A stretch of DNA of 64,000 bases from Octopus vulgaris (taxonomy: Eukaryota). A model generated the notes under the pieces. The model made no database searches and had not been told where the DNA came from. It worked only from the letters and a program-made list of their open reading frames with translations. The stretch lies in assembly GCA_951406725.2 (NCBI GenBank), contig OX597814.1, positions 140,554,001 to 140,618,000 on the forward strand, written 5' to 3'. Shown piece by piece: positions 39,538-52,237 of the stretch; position 1 is the stretch's first letter, and each line of letters opens with the position of its first letter. The position numbers and the translations under genes are program-made.

Positions 39538-39893
39538 GGTGCAGGCATGGCTGTGTGTTAAGTAGCTTACTTACCAACCACATGGTTCTGGGTTTAGTCC
39601 CACTACATAACCAAGGGCCAACCAAAGCCATGTGAGTGGATTTGGTAGATGGAAACTGAAAGAAGCCAATTATATATATATATATATATATATATGTGTT
39701 GGTGTGTCTGTGTTCATCCCCCAACTGTCACTTGAGAACCGATGTTGGTGTGTTTATGTCCCTGTAACTTAGCAGTTCAGCAAAAGAGACAAATAGAATA
39801 AACTTACAAAGAATAAGTCTTAGGGTCAATTTGTTCGACTAAAGGCAGTGTTCCAGCATGGCCGCAGTCAAATGACTGAGACAAGTAAAAGAA
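39538..39893 (+). mobile_element. tRNA-derived SINE (ggtgcaggcatggctgtgtg head; gactgaaacaagtaaaag-type tail)
   Basis: near full-length copy; relatives near 7512-7880, 19278-19648, 20568-20910, 23400-24095, 32258-32645, 34993-35357 (all minus). Confidence 0.85.
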
Positions 39894-40135
39894 TGGTATA
39901 AGTAATTTGCAAAGAAAAAAACAAAAGCAATTAAAAAAAATATTAATGCTTATTTTACTAAAAGTATCGAAAAAGTACCCTTAAAGTGATCATATTAAAA
40001 ATGCAACAAGAACTTTCTTCCCAACCTGACGTTTTGGAATTTAATAGTTCAATAGTATTTGAATTAATGAAGTTCCCAACAATTAAGAACTTCTTTCCAG
40101 GATGAAATTAAGATGAATATTGCATATTCGTTGTC

Positions 40136-40470
40136 CAAGCATAGCTCAGTGGTTAGAGTGTCAGGCTCACAGTCATGAGGTCAAGAATTTGATTCCTGGA
40201 GTGAGCTGTGAGTTGTGTTCTTGAGCAAGACACTTTATTTTACATTGCTCCAGTTCCCTCAGCTGTAGAAATGAGCTGCAACATCACTGGTGCTAAGCTG
40301 CATTGGCCTTTGACTTGCTCTTGGATAACATCGGTTGCGTGGAAAGAGGAGACTGGTATGCATAGGTGTGACCTGCTGGTCTTCCATAAAAATCTTGCCT
40401 GGAATTGTGCCTCAGAAGGGAACTTTCTAGGTCAATCTCATGGTTATTTGTGAGCTAAAGGAGTATTTAT
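40136..40470 (+). mobile_element. tRNA-derived SINE
   Basis: A box tagctcagtgg, B-box-like tttgattcc, core gtgttcttgagcaagacac...gctccagt...ctcagctg. Confidence 0.75.
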
Positions 40471-43285
40471 CCTGAATCGCAAGACTCTCGAATTTAATCC
40501 AAACATTTCTCTGCCTTGGTTCTGGTTTGTTCTCTTAGTGTTACAAAATGCATCATGGTGTATTTCATTTGAGTTAAGAACAATTGCAACGTTGATTCAA
40601 AGCTTCTAATATTGGCAACAAGAGAATAAACTGATTTAACCTTTGAAATTTCATACTGAATTTTTGTTAGCTCTAACCAAAGTGCCAGATCACATAACCA
40701 TTTTCATTCATCTTCAACAAGGAAGCCTTCAAACATGCATTAAGTGTTCACATCTCTCAACTCATAGAATTACTGAATTTGCACATATTGCTTCACCAGC
40801 CAACTTTATTATCATTCTAATCCGATGATCTTCAAAATTTCTTTAAATTCTGTTGCTTTGTACCTTACTCTCTGAAGAAATTAGTACATTTTGATATCAC
40901 TTCCAAAAATTGTGTGCATTGTAAGCACAGGTATACTCATGGGGTTAAAAATGGTTTCAAGTTCAGTTCGAGCCTTTGGATTTGGTAGATGGGCATTAAA
41001 AGAAGCCTATTATGTGTAGGTGTCTCTCCTTGTGGAAATGTATCTGGCCATGAGGAAATATCAACTTGCTTGGAAACAGTTGTAGAAAATTTGCTTCAAT
41101 GAACTCTTTTGTGATCTATACAAGCATAGAAAAGCATACGTTAAATTGACGATGACACATACATCAGTTTTATCAATGAATTGATTAAAACAATTAGAAA
41201 TCCAGTAGATAATTCAATTCTTGATTAATGAAAAAGGTATTTTTCAAGATCCTACCATACATGACATACATTCTACAGGTACACATCTTTGAAGATCTTC
41301 ACATTGGTAATTTCCGAGGATCTATTTTAAGACCAAGTAATGATATGTAGCATAGTGCTTAGCATGTTATACTCACAATTACAAGAGTGTGGCTTTGATT
41401 CCTGGACGGGTAATGCAGTGTTCTCAAACACAACACTGCTTTCCACTCAACTGTAAATAAGCAACCCTACAATGGACTGGCACCACAAATGGGGAGAATG
41501 CTGTGATCTCAGTCACATGTACCCCAGAGGCTAGGTAACCAGCCCCATGTTAATATCCAAGGGTTGATGAAATCTCTTACAGTAAAAGTTTGCTGTTATT
41601 TGATACACAAATACAGCCAACAGTGTTGTATTTATGTTAGCTGTTCAGCTAGTGAATACCACAAATCCTGATGGGGCTTCCTTCGAAATATATTGGAATA
41701 CTTAGTTGTGTCTTCCAACTCGTCTTTTTTCTTCAGAGCTAAATAGTCGTATAATGCAGTTATCCACTCGCATGACAAATTCATCTGTTGTATGCTTTGA
41801 CCTCTTGCAATTAGCTTACTCCCTTCCTAATTTTCTTGCATTAAGAAATTATCTTCACAGAGGGTTAGTTCATTTGTACAAGTATGTTTGCTAAGCTTGT
41901 CGAAAATCAGACTACCTTTCAGATTGCAATTAGGCTTGTCACTTCACAAGTTTTTAAAAATAATGATTAATGTCACAAAACAAACATTTAGTAGAGATTT
42001 ATGGCTTATGCTGTGCTGAAAGCAACTGCTATAAAAAGTGTTATTGGATTAATTCAGGGGGGAAATAAATATTGGTTCTTGGCATACACATCTTTCATAT
42101 TGGTAAGTGAAGTGATAGAAGGTAGAGCTTAGAGAAGTTCATTGCACGCATACACACATGTATTCAGATCTCCTTGTCTTAACATTGTGACAGCTATACA
42201 CAAACATTATCATGCAAGTGGCGACATCTGTTTGCAATCTTCCATGTCTAGCCAATGTGCTATTCCTGTAAAGGAAAAAAAAAAAAAGAATCACATACAC
42301 CAAAAGTAAAGAAAAAAAGGGAAACTATTTTGTTTGAAAACAAGCATGGGTTAGTGACAGAAAGAGCAACTGGTTATAGAAAATCAGCCTCAATGAATTT
42401 TGTCTTACCCATGCAAGCATGGGAAAGTGGACATTAATATGATGAGGATACTCCATACAAAATTTTTTTGAAAAGTATGAGAAAGAATTTTAAGTTAGGA
42501 AACAAGAGATGAGTGTTACTCGGCATTAAAAGCATCAGTTGATGAGCTGCATTGGTGTAAGCAATAAATAGAGTAAACACTGTGATAATGGAGGGTGTCT
42601 GTGAAAAAAGAAGACATAGGAAGTGGTCAGATGAAATCTTACATATTGTACAAGAACTCAGGCCGAACTAACCAGTACAGAAAAGTAAATGTTACAGATT
42701 GTTCTCAAAGAGCTAAGTACACCAATGCTTCAAGTCACAGCCTCACACTTGAGAACTATGGAATATTTATGTCTTTACATGCAATCTTTTCACTCATTTT
42801 AAAGAATATTGTTTAGCTCCAAACGGTCCCGTAATCAAAAATACTTGTCATGATCATCTTTCAGACAAATTGCATGTTAGGTTTCATGGTCTCTGTCTTT
42901 CCTTTTGAAAACAGACTGCGTTTGAAAGGTATTTAAATGCTATACTTCTTAAGTGCCTTTTTTTTTCATTCCTATAATTTAAAATTACTTGTATTTATCC
43001 AGAAGCCTGCTATAATTTACCACCAACTCTCATCAATACTCTGACTAAACTCTAGACATGATTTTATGGTCTGTGGGTTTTAAATGAATTGAATGATTTA
43101 TCAAGCAGCAAGTAACACAATATCAAAATGTTTTATAAGAAGAGAAAGAGGAGTAGGTGGAAGAATCAACCAGCAGTAAATGGATCAAAAAGTGAATGTT
43201 TTCAAACTAGGCAACTTTGGATATTTAGCTACAATATAACATTTAGATAAACATTTTTATATATCACCTCAGACTTGAGGCAGTG

Positions 43286-43324
43286 ACAAGCAAAAACAAT
43301 TTCAGTATGTGACAGGCATTTATT
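43286..43324 (-). terminator. Candidate distal LARP4 poly(A) site
   Basis: minus-strand AATAAA at 43319-43324, then TTGTTTTTGCTTGT at 43286-43299; a second AATAAA near 43422. Confidence 0.55.
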
Positions 43325-44275
43325 TTCATTCTTGCTTCTTCTTCTTCCTCCAACGAAGTTTTTACAGAAATGTTTACAGCACGAGCAGTAAACGTCACAG
43401 AGATAATGTACAGTATAGATTTTTATTTTTTTTGACAGACCCACTATTAAATTTCCCAAAATATTTTTAGTTTAAAATAAAATGAAAATAAAAATTTTAA
43501 ATTTAAATTTAAAAAAAAAAACCTGAAAGGAAATTAAAATTTGAAGAAGGGAGATTGAAATCAGATTTAAGAAAGAAGAAAAAATTGAAATATGCAAATG
43601 ATTCATTTCGAAGTCTTTCCACGCCAGGAGAATGCTTCACTTCCAAATAACACTTGTACACAGGCACAGAAATTGTATTTTTTTCTTTTCCTTTTTTGGA
43701 TTAGAACTTTTAGTGATCAATTATTTTATCCTTATAGATAGATATAAGAAAAGTCAAACTAGTACAATTGCTTTGACAGCTAAATATTCCTTTGTTTTAG
43801 TTCTTCCAAGAGTTTGTTAACCACTCCGTATGCCATGCCACCACTGATGTTGGAGGAAAAGGTAATTGGCCGCAGTTGAATGCAGGAATGGTTTCTGTCT
43901 AACAAGCCAGCATCAGACAATTGAAAAATCAGATAATCTACACAGGTGATTAGCAATATGCAAGGAAATGTGGGAAGTACAACACAATTCTTAGTAAATA
44001 TATTTCAAAGTCCATCTCCAATAATATGGAATTTCTTTTTTTTCAAGAATCCTGCCAATCACTGGTAGTCAAAAGAGATATTGCAATGGAAACAGCGCAT
44101 ACATTTAGCTATTGCTCTACCATCATTGCTAATTTTTTTGCTGGCCGCAGGTTAACATTTTATCATAATTTACAAAGTAAGCAATGAGGATGTGTAGATT
44201 TTTTTTAATATTTTGAACACAAAATAAATATTAGTACTTAAAATGGTTTGTGGTCTGGAGAGGAATGGGAAAAGG

Positions 44276-44310
<35 letters not shown>

Positions 44311-47300
44311 AAGCTTTTCAGAATGTAAAACTCAAAACAATTGTCAAGCTTTTTGCATCTTATGATGACAAAATAAAACAAAATTTTTTTCAAATGCGGA
44401 AAGGAGAAAACCAGATAAAATTTGCTTTGCTTCATGAATATAAAGAAAATGAGAAAGAATTGTCATATTGGTCTGCAGATATACTGTTAATAGATCAGAT
44501 CTAATGGTTGTTATACACACTTAAAAGCTTTTATCTAGCTATTTGTATTATGGCATTCATTAGACCAAATTTGCAACATTTCCACCCACCATTTTGAAAT
44601 GCATTTCAATCACCATAAACCTTTCTAATACTGATTACATTTAGCTTAATACAGAGAATATAGTCAATGTAAAAACCCTATATTCCTCTTTTTAATCTAT
44701 TTCTCATACCAATATGCAGTGTAATTATAAATCTTTCAGTACCTTTTTCTTTAAAAAGTTACTTTACTTTACACGTGTCTAACTGAATTACATAAAACAA
44801 AGACAAACAGTATACTAATTATTTGAAATCCAGAGAAAAATTTCAAACTTTTGACAACTCATCAGAAATAATATACTGTAAAATCATAATAAACAACTCA
44901 AGATTGCCATTAGCTACGACTAATTTCTGAGAAAATGTACTTTCTGAAATTATGGATTGAGAAATCACGTTAGTTTGGCCTTTTAAAAAGACATTGACAA
45001 TCACAGCCAAATAAGAAGACAAGACAGCTAATTTTATTAACAAACAAACATTTTGAAACCATAATTTTCAAACAAGAAAACACGGTCTGCTTGACTAACA
45101 GAATTTTACAGACCAAACATTGCAACATAAGTAAATTTAAAATAAAAACCTTAACTAGTGGTGGGTGGATGATGAAATTGAAACAGACCAGCCTCTCAAA
45201 GGGGTGGGAATTATAGCCTAGTAGTGAGGGCAGAGTTACAATATGGAAGACCAATATAGAAATAGCAGTTAAATTAGATTCATACCAATAACTGCAGAAG
45301 TCCTCATACAGCACCAAAGGAAGACAGTGTGATGGAGAGTCCAACAGAAAGAGATTGTTTTTAAAAAAAATTTTTTAAGTGGTATGACCTGTAATTTCAT
45401 ATACGACAGAACAAAATCAAAAGTCAATTTAACAAAAATTAGAAACCTCAAAACTTTTAAGTGTAACTCACACAGATCCTACTATCTTGAAATGCCATTT
45501 GTAACTCTTATAATTTCATGGAAGGATTTATTTTTGTAATGACATTAAGAGATAAGAGAAATACTTGCTAAGAGAAATATCAGTATTGGATAAACTATTA
45601 GAACAATTGCTTAGCATAATAAAAGTAAATAAATGCAACAGCTAGATTAAGGAAGGAATAAGAAAAAAACAACAACAAATTCTTGTGCGTTCATTATTGT
45701 TGATTAACCCTATACTTCCAAAATAGCTAATCTCAGATAAGAAGTTTGTAAAGAAAAAAATTGCATCGTAATAGAAGGAATCTAATGGGTGTATTTACCG
45801 AAGCAAGTTACTTTAAAGAGAAATAGCATGTATGAATTAAGCCCAGAGTGAGGTGTAGAACTCAAAATGAAATTTATATATCACCGAAAAAAAACAAAGA
45901 TACAAAGCACTTCAAATGAAAGTGGAGGGTGGGGAAAGACTTGCTGACCAACTGGAGCATCATCAGCTATGATCAGAACGTAGCGTCATCCATTCTCCAT
46001 CTTACAAGGCCAATTCTATGTAGTGTGAGTAAATAATAAATTATTTGCAGACATATGCAAAGGATTTCAGTCAGCTGTCCCTACTAACAGATAGTTAAAC
46101 TTCCATTTGTAAATTATTTAGACTTATAAATGTATGAGCACATACATAGCCAAGCATGTAACCGTTTAGTGCATCAACTTAAATGTGGTGAAACAGGAAA
46201 AATATTTCCTACTAGTGTTACCTTTTTGCATAAATCAAGCAAAAAGAAACAAAAATTCTTTTATTTTCTTTGTAGAAGTATCTCTTTGAAGATCTAATTC
46301 ATTCTAACTTGCTTTTAAGTATCCACAAGGTGAATAACTTTAAAATTAGTTATGATGTCTAAGGCAAAATATAGCAAAATGCAATTTCAAAAGGGACATA
46401 ACAACAATGCAATTATCATTACAAATGTGTTTTTTTTTTATTTTATTTTTTTTATTTTGGAAGGGGGCGAAAAGTAAATATTGGAGAAGGCTCCCTCTGG
46501 ATTAAAAGAAAAAAGTAATGCATGGTATTAGATTGTCTTTTTTTTGCCCTAAAGTTTCTGAAAAACATGATTATTATACTATCTCTACAACCTAATGTTA
46601 AGCAAAAAAGAAAAAAAAACACACAAAAAAGAGAGGGTTGAAATGCAAAAGTAAATAAATAGAAACAAAAATGAAAAAGCAATATAATAATTAAAAATCA
46701 ACAAGCTAACAGAAACTGATAAATGCTACTTGATGTGTGTCCATACATGTTGATACACACACACATACATAAAAAAAATTTTTTTTTAAATAAATAAAAG
46801 CCATGACTCCAAGAGGACATCCCTTTTGATTGAAGCAATGATCATCTAGACATCTACCAGAAAGATATTGGAATAAAACTATAATTTGGTGCTGCTAGGC
46901 TTTTACAGAATGGCTTGGGCTGAATATAAATGCTTTTATGTAATTTTCTTCTACATATATTTCCAGCAAAGCAATTATATACATATATATACACACACAT
47001 ACTAAATGACTTGGGTTGCCTCTGCATTATCACAGAAGCAATAGTAGCTATGGTGGTAAAACAGATTGCAACAGTGGAAGATTATGTTAACAACCAATGC
47101 AATAGGCACAGCTTCCATTTTGGAGTACACAACCACATACAGATAAAGTTTCTTATTTTAAAGCTATTAACCTAACATTTATCAATGTTATGTTTGTTTC
47201 GTGTTTTTTTAATATTTTTTTATATATAAATATATAAAATAGGTTTAACTCATGAGCTGACTTAGAACTGTTTTTCCTCTAATAAATTCCAATGCAGTTT

Positions 47301-47439
47301 GATGTCCCTTCAGAAAACCCTATAGAAATGCCAAGAGATTAGAAACAAACTAGTTAATCAAGGTAATCCTCCCCAACTTGTTAAACAAATGTCAATCATC
47401 ATCCAAGCATTCCATTGCATTCAAGAAGCAATTTGAAAG

Positions 47440-47481
<42 letters not shown>

Positions 47482-47495
47482 CACACACACATATA

Positions 47496-47549
<54 letters not shown>

Positions 47550-50524
47550 TACATATATATAGAGAGAGATAGGGAGTGAGGAAAAGAGAGAGAGAGAGAG
47601 ACTCCTCAGAGTTGAGGGAACTGAATTTGCTTGATAACAGATGTTAGGAGCTGAATAAATAAAACAATTCTGTTAGAATATTTAATGGACAATAGAACAA
47701 TATCTCTGCAAAATAACTTCAAGATTTACTTAGATTCACTCTGTTACCCAAATATCAGATTTAAAGAAACAGATCCGAAAAATATGTACAAATGAAAACA
47801 TTTTAATATATACATATATATTTAGACTTAGCTGGATAACACAAGTGAAAATAGTTTTTCACCCTTAGTTCATCAACACTTCCTAAAGGGTTTCTTATTC
47901 AACAGAAGAGGAAAAAAAACAAAAGAAAAAAAAATCTCCATTCTCACCCAACCCACTTTTCCAAATATTCATCACCCACACCAAATTAATTTTTTTAATT
48001 TTTGTTTTATTTTTTAATTTTTTTTTTGAATGTCTTTAGTAAGATGGCAGTCATAAAATAAAGCTAACTTTTATATACATATATAATATTCAGCTTCACT
48101 TAAACCAAAAGAATTTTTTTTCATTTCAATTCACCAAACTATATACAAATGCTTTTATATAAACAATGGTTTACAATAATGTGCTATTAATATTCAAAAG
48201 CTTCAGTTTTACAATATTGTATTATAGTTGTTAGTAATGATCAAGAAAAATAGCCTTTAATACCACATAGCTATTCAATAATTAACAGTTTTCTGCAAAC
48301 CCGGATGTCAACTGCTGAGACACTTTCATCTTTTAAAAGACGAAATCTCAGATAAAACTATGCTAAACTACTTTTGGTATCTAGGTCTTTGTATCCAGTA
48401 ACTTGCATGTAACAAGCCCAAGTTGTGATACAATTGTGTTTTTAATACTTGAAGGGGCTATGGTTAAGAAACACTGGGACTACTAAGGGAACCAATAAAC
48501 GAGATTAAAAAGAAGCAGTGGTTTAAGAAATACTGCAATAGCTACTACAGGAGGGGGGGAAAAAAATCTTTACAGGCACTTGAAATCCATCCTCACAACA
48601 TGGTAGCACTGCCAGTGAATACGATCATTTTGAGGCAGATGTATATCAGGAGAAAATAATTTCTCAAACAAGCAAAGTTGACTGGTAGCTTGGCCTGTAA
48701 AATTAACTTTGCTTAAAACATAGAGGTGAGTAAAGTGAAGATATTCGGGGTTTTTTGTTTGTTTGGATTTTTTTTGTTTTGGTAATTTTGGAATCTGGAA
48801 AATGTAGTGATATACCTAACTAAAGTACCCTGGAGAGGCTGAGTCTCAATATGGCTGCTTAAATTGCTGAAATAGCAGCCAATTCTCCCTCAAATCACAC
48901 CCCACTGCCTTGGGGAAAGCAAAAGACACTGGATAAATGTGGTCCTGCCCCTAAAAAGACATGTAGTCATGGCTGTGAAGCCATTAATATCAGGGTTGAT
49001 CTGGCTATGCATTTTGATATGCAGTAAACATAATTGGGAGTGAGGGAGCAGGGAACAAAACAATATGGAAAGAAAAATATTGCTACTAGTACAACTACTA
49101 ACAAAATGCTCTTTCAACTTATGAAATCTAACTTAAAAACTGCACTATGTTTTAAAGTTATTTTTCATATTTCTAATGCAACATCTATGAATGTAGATGC
49201 TAACTAGTTTATGTTGGGTATAAATTAAATAAACTCAAAGAAAAAAAAAATTATAGAAATTAACCTCAATAAATCAAATAATTTTTTTCATAGGCCAAGC
49301 ACAATAGCAAAAATATTTTTCTTTTTATTTTCCCTTTTTTAAAATTAAATAAGCATATTCATAAACCCACCTTTCAAAAAAGATGTTTCAACTAACAATC
49401 AAAAAAATTTAGTCACACTTTGTTCTCTTTCCTTTTTACCTCAAATAGGACTAAATTTGTTGTTAAAAACCTATTATAACAGGTTTCTCTGAACTCCACA
49501 GCACAAGCATACATTTGCGAGATCTATCACATAGTAATAATACAGGTGAGGTACTCATCCAGAGATGCCAAGAGGATATCATTTTATATTACTTTCTAGT
49601 TTTTGTTTGATTTCTAAATTTTTAGCCTTGGATGAAAGCAGGTCTTTGTTGGCTGGGTGACATGAAAGGAGTAAAGGGGAATTTAGAGATAAAGTAGGAA
49701 GGGAGGATTATTGTTCAAATATCAATTGTAAATGTACAAATGGAAAGACCTGTACCAATTCACCTCTAGTTCTTAAAATTTGCAGACAGTCGGTACTTTA
49801 GCCACAGCCCAATCTATAGACATTTTTTTGTCCTTAAATTCTAAAACAGTTGAGGAAATTCTCCGCCACAAATATTGTTGGTGCCAACTGGATCCAGTTA
49901 CTTTAGTGATATTTTTTTTTCAGTTTTATTTTTGAAAAACAATTGTCAGAACAAAAAAATATATGTATGCACATGTATTTCACATTAAGTGCATAAAAAA
50001 GTGATGTGAGAAGAGGGTTTTTCTTAACACAATATTTTCAAGAATCATTCTAAAAAAAAACTCCTTGCCTTTAAAGCATCAATGATGAAACTGGGATTGA
50101 GAGGCAATACATTGTCAATAGATAACATTGGTTTCCTTTGAAAAAGAATAATATTAAAGCCACTCCAATAGTCATCAAGTAAATATGGCTCATCCTTTAA
50201 TCCTATACAATGTTTAGTGAAGAAGTCCTGCATTGCAGATCTGTTTTTGTACTTTGTTTTTATAACTTCTGGCTGCTGATAGAGATACTGTGTAACCAGC
50301 AAAGAATAAATGGTTACGGCAAAGAACTTGGATGCCATTCTAATAGCTAGATGGGGGTAGGGAAGAAAGTAGGAAGAGAAAGGCAACAAGCATTGACAGC
50401 CAGCCATAAAAGAAACAGGACTGCAATAACCAGAATTACTTTAAAAGGGCATCCGAATCCAAGATTTGTATTTCATGCCATAAGTCCATAATCAAAAGCA
50501 TGTTCTTTTTGTCTATTTCAGACA

Positions 50525-50563
<39 letters not shown>

Positions 50564-50928
50564 AGCCTTCCTTTTTTTTCTTATCATTTAACAGATATTT
50601 AAAATGAAATATCATTGACTCATTATTCTATAGTAAATGTATCCACAGAGAAACTAGAAGTTTTAAACCATCTCACTACTCCATTGATCCAGCAGTTTAA
50701 TTTCCAGGAACCTGGACCAAGTAAATTGGAAATCTTCAGGAATAATAAGGACAAGGATGTTGAGGCTAAAGAAATAGACAGGCAGATAGCTCTGTAAATA
50801 AAAGAATAAAATAAACATATCTCTCAAGAGAGATAAAACATTTCAACTGTAACTGGATTAGGAACTGGAAAGAAGTAGGGTTATATACTGAGAAAGGGCA
50901 ATCAACTGAATCTTGTTTAACACTAATA
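43300..50928 (-). other. Probable long LARP4 3'UTR (~7.6 kb)
   Basis: none of the SINE families common elsewhere; U-rich on the minus strand; ends at an AATAAA with a GU-rich downstream element. Confidence 0.6.
47442..47600. repeat. Compound (TA)/(CA)/(GA) microsatellite
   Basis: seen directly. Confidence 0.95.
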
Positions 50929-51330
50929 TCATTTTGAAGTCCTCTCTCGGTCTGTTTTTCTCCTCTGGCGTTCACGGTTCTCTTTTGCTGGCCTTCTTCC
51001 GGGAAAGAATCGCTGCTCCTTTGGTTCCAAGTCTTTACGCAAGAGTTCTTTAGGTGAAAGCTGTGAATGAGCAGAGGCTTGAGATTGTTCTTTAAGGGCT
51101 TGGCTACGGAGTGTTCCTGCAGAACCAGTTTGTTGCATAAGATTATTGTTTGTTGTTTTACAAACAGAGTCATTAGGGGATTGCTGTTGTGACATTTGAT
51201 GTGACACTTGAGATACACAACTTGTGTTCTTGTCTGAAGATCCAATGGACGTAGTAGCAACTTCTGAACTAGGTTCACGTTTCCGTGCAACCATCTGTGC
51301 ATAACTCAATCTTGATGTCGACTTTTCCTC
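50929..51330 (-). CDS. LARP4: LARP4 last coding exon (RLSYAQMVARK...RERTSK*)
   Basis: tccag acceptor; SYA motif and basic C-terminus typical of LARP4. Confidence 0.92.
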   Translation of the reverse strand, partial: EEKSTSRLSYAQMVARKREPSSEVATTSIGSSDKNTSCVSQVSHQMSQQQSPNDSVCKTTNNNLMQQTGSAGTLRSQALKEQSQASAHSQLSPKELLRKDLEPKEQRFFPGRRPAKENRERQRRKTDRERTSK

Positions 51331-51660
51331 CTGGAATATAAAAAAACGGTCAATGAGTAACAAAGACAAACACAGACTAATTTAGTATTGTAGGTTCCCA
51401 AACTAAAAAACACCTCATCTATTTTATACAATGTAAATAACCCACAAGTAGCGTAAATCCTCTAAGGATCTTAAATGCCAAAGTTCAGAATCCTAATAAA
51501 TTTGCACTTCTTAACATATAGAAACCTAAATGTAATGGGTGACAAAACATAAAGCTAAGAAATAATTTCTTCAAGAAAACTACATAGCAACTAGTATTAT
51601 TTAATAACTAAAACAGTTTATAACTAAAAATTAGCATTATATTGAAGGCTAAATACTTAC

Positions 51661-52120
51661 AGTAGATACAAGCTTTGTAGTTTGTGTATTTGTAGCAATT
51701 ACTGTGGCACTAGCCACACTCCCTGCACTAGGAGAACCAGAAGAGGTAGCAGGTGCACTAGTGGTCATAACAGGTAGAGTAGAAGACTGTGCAGCTCTAT
51801 GGTGACCCTGCTGAGATGAAACTGCTACACTATGGCTTAATGATGTTGACGGTAAAGACGACGGCGGCAAACATGGAGGCGTGTTGCTGGGGGCATTATT
51901 GTGGGCTGGCAGAGTGGGAGGAACAGCTCCAATGCTAGATTCTTTCAGATTTGCAGTAACAGCAGTCGTAAGAGTTGTGGAGGCAGCAGTAGCAGATAGA
52001 TGTGGAGCACCTCCAGCTGATTGCATGAGAGAATTTGCATGAGGCTCTGAAGACTTTGCATTGTCTGCATAAATTCCAGTATTTAGCTTAGTGGCTGCAC
52101 TTGCATTTGAAGAAGTTATT
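51661..52120 (-). CDS. LARP4: LARP4 exon, Ser/Thr/Ala/Pro low-complexity
   Basis: tgcag / gtaagt, 460 nt open, phase 2-0. Confidence 0.87.
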
Positions 52121-52237
52121 CTGCAGAAACAAAAGAGCCATATTAACAAAGATTCATTTTATGACAAGCACACACACACACACACACTGTACGAAAAATC
52201 AGATACAAAATATTTCTATTTGAAAAGAAATACTAAC

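Larger units (their letters stand above)
38277..40029 (-). mobile_element. Second mariner relic carrying two nested SINEs
   Basis: TIRs ttaggttggaaagtcctgtc / acaagaactttcttcccaacctga; remnant EPFLDRIIASDEKWVFHN (mariner TGDEKW motif) near 38860-38910. Confidence 0.8.

Noticed and set aside
40136-40210. tRNA-like sequence
   Set aside because: No acceptor stem; continues into a SINE body, so it is a SINE head and not a tRNA gene
46976-48147. Multiple Pumilio-type UGUAHAUA motifs in the LARP4 UTR
   Set aside because: Most fall in TA/CA microsatellite-like sequence, so enrichment cannot be judged by eye
50766-51302. 178-aa minus ORF overlapping the last LARP4 exon in another frame
   Set aside because: Exon phase and the SYA motif support the 50929 frame; no homology recognised for the alternative
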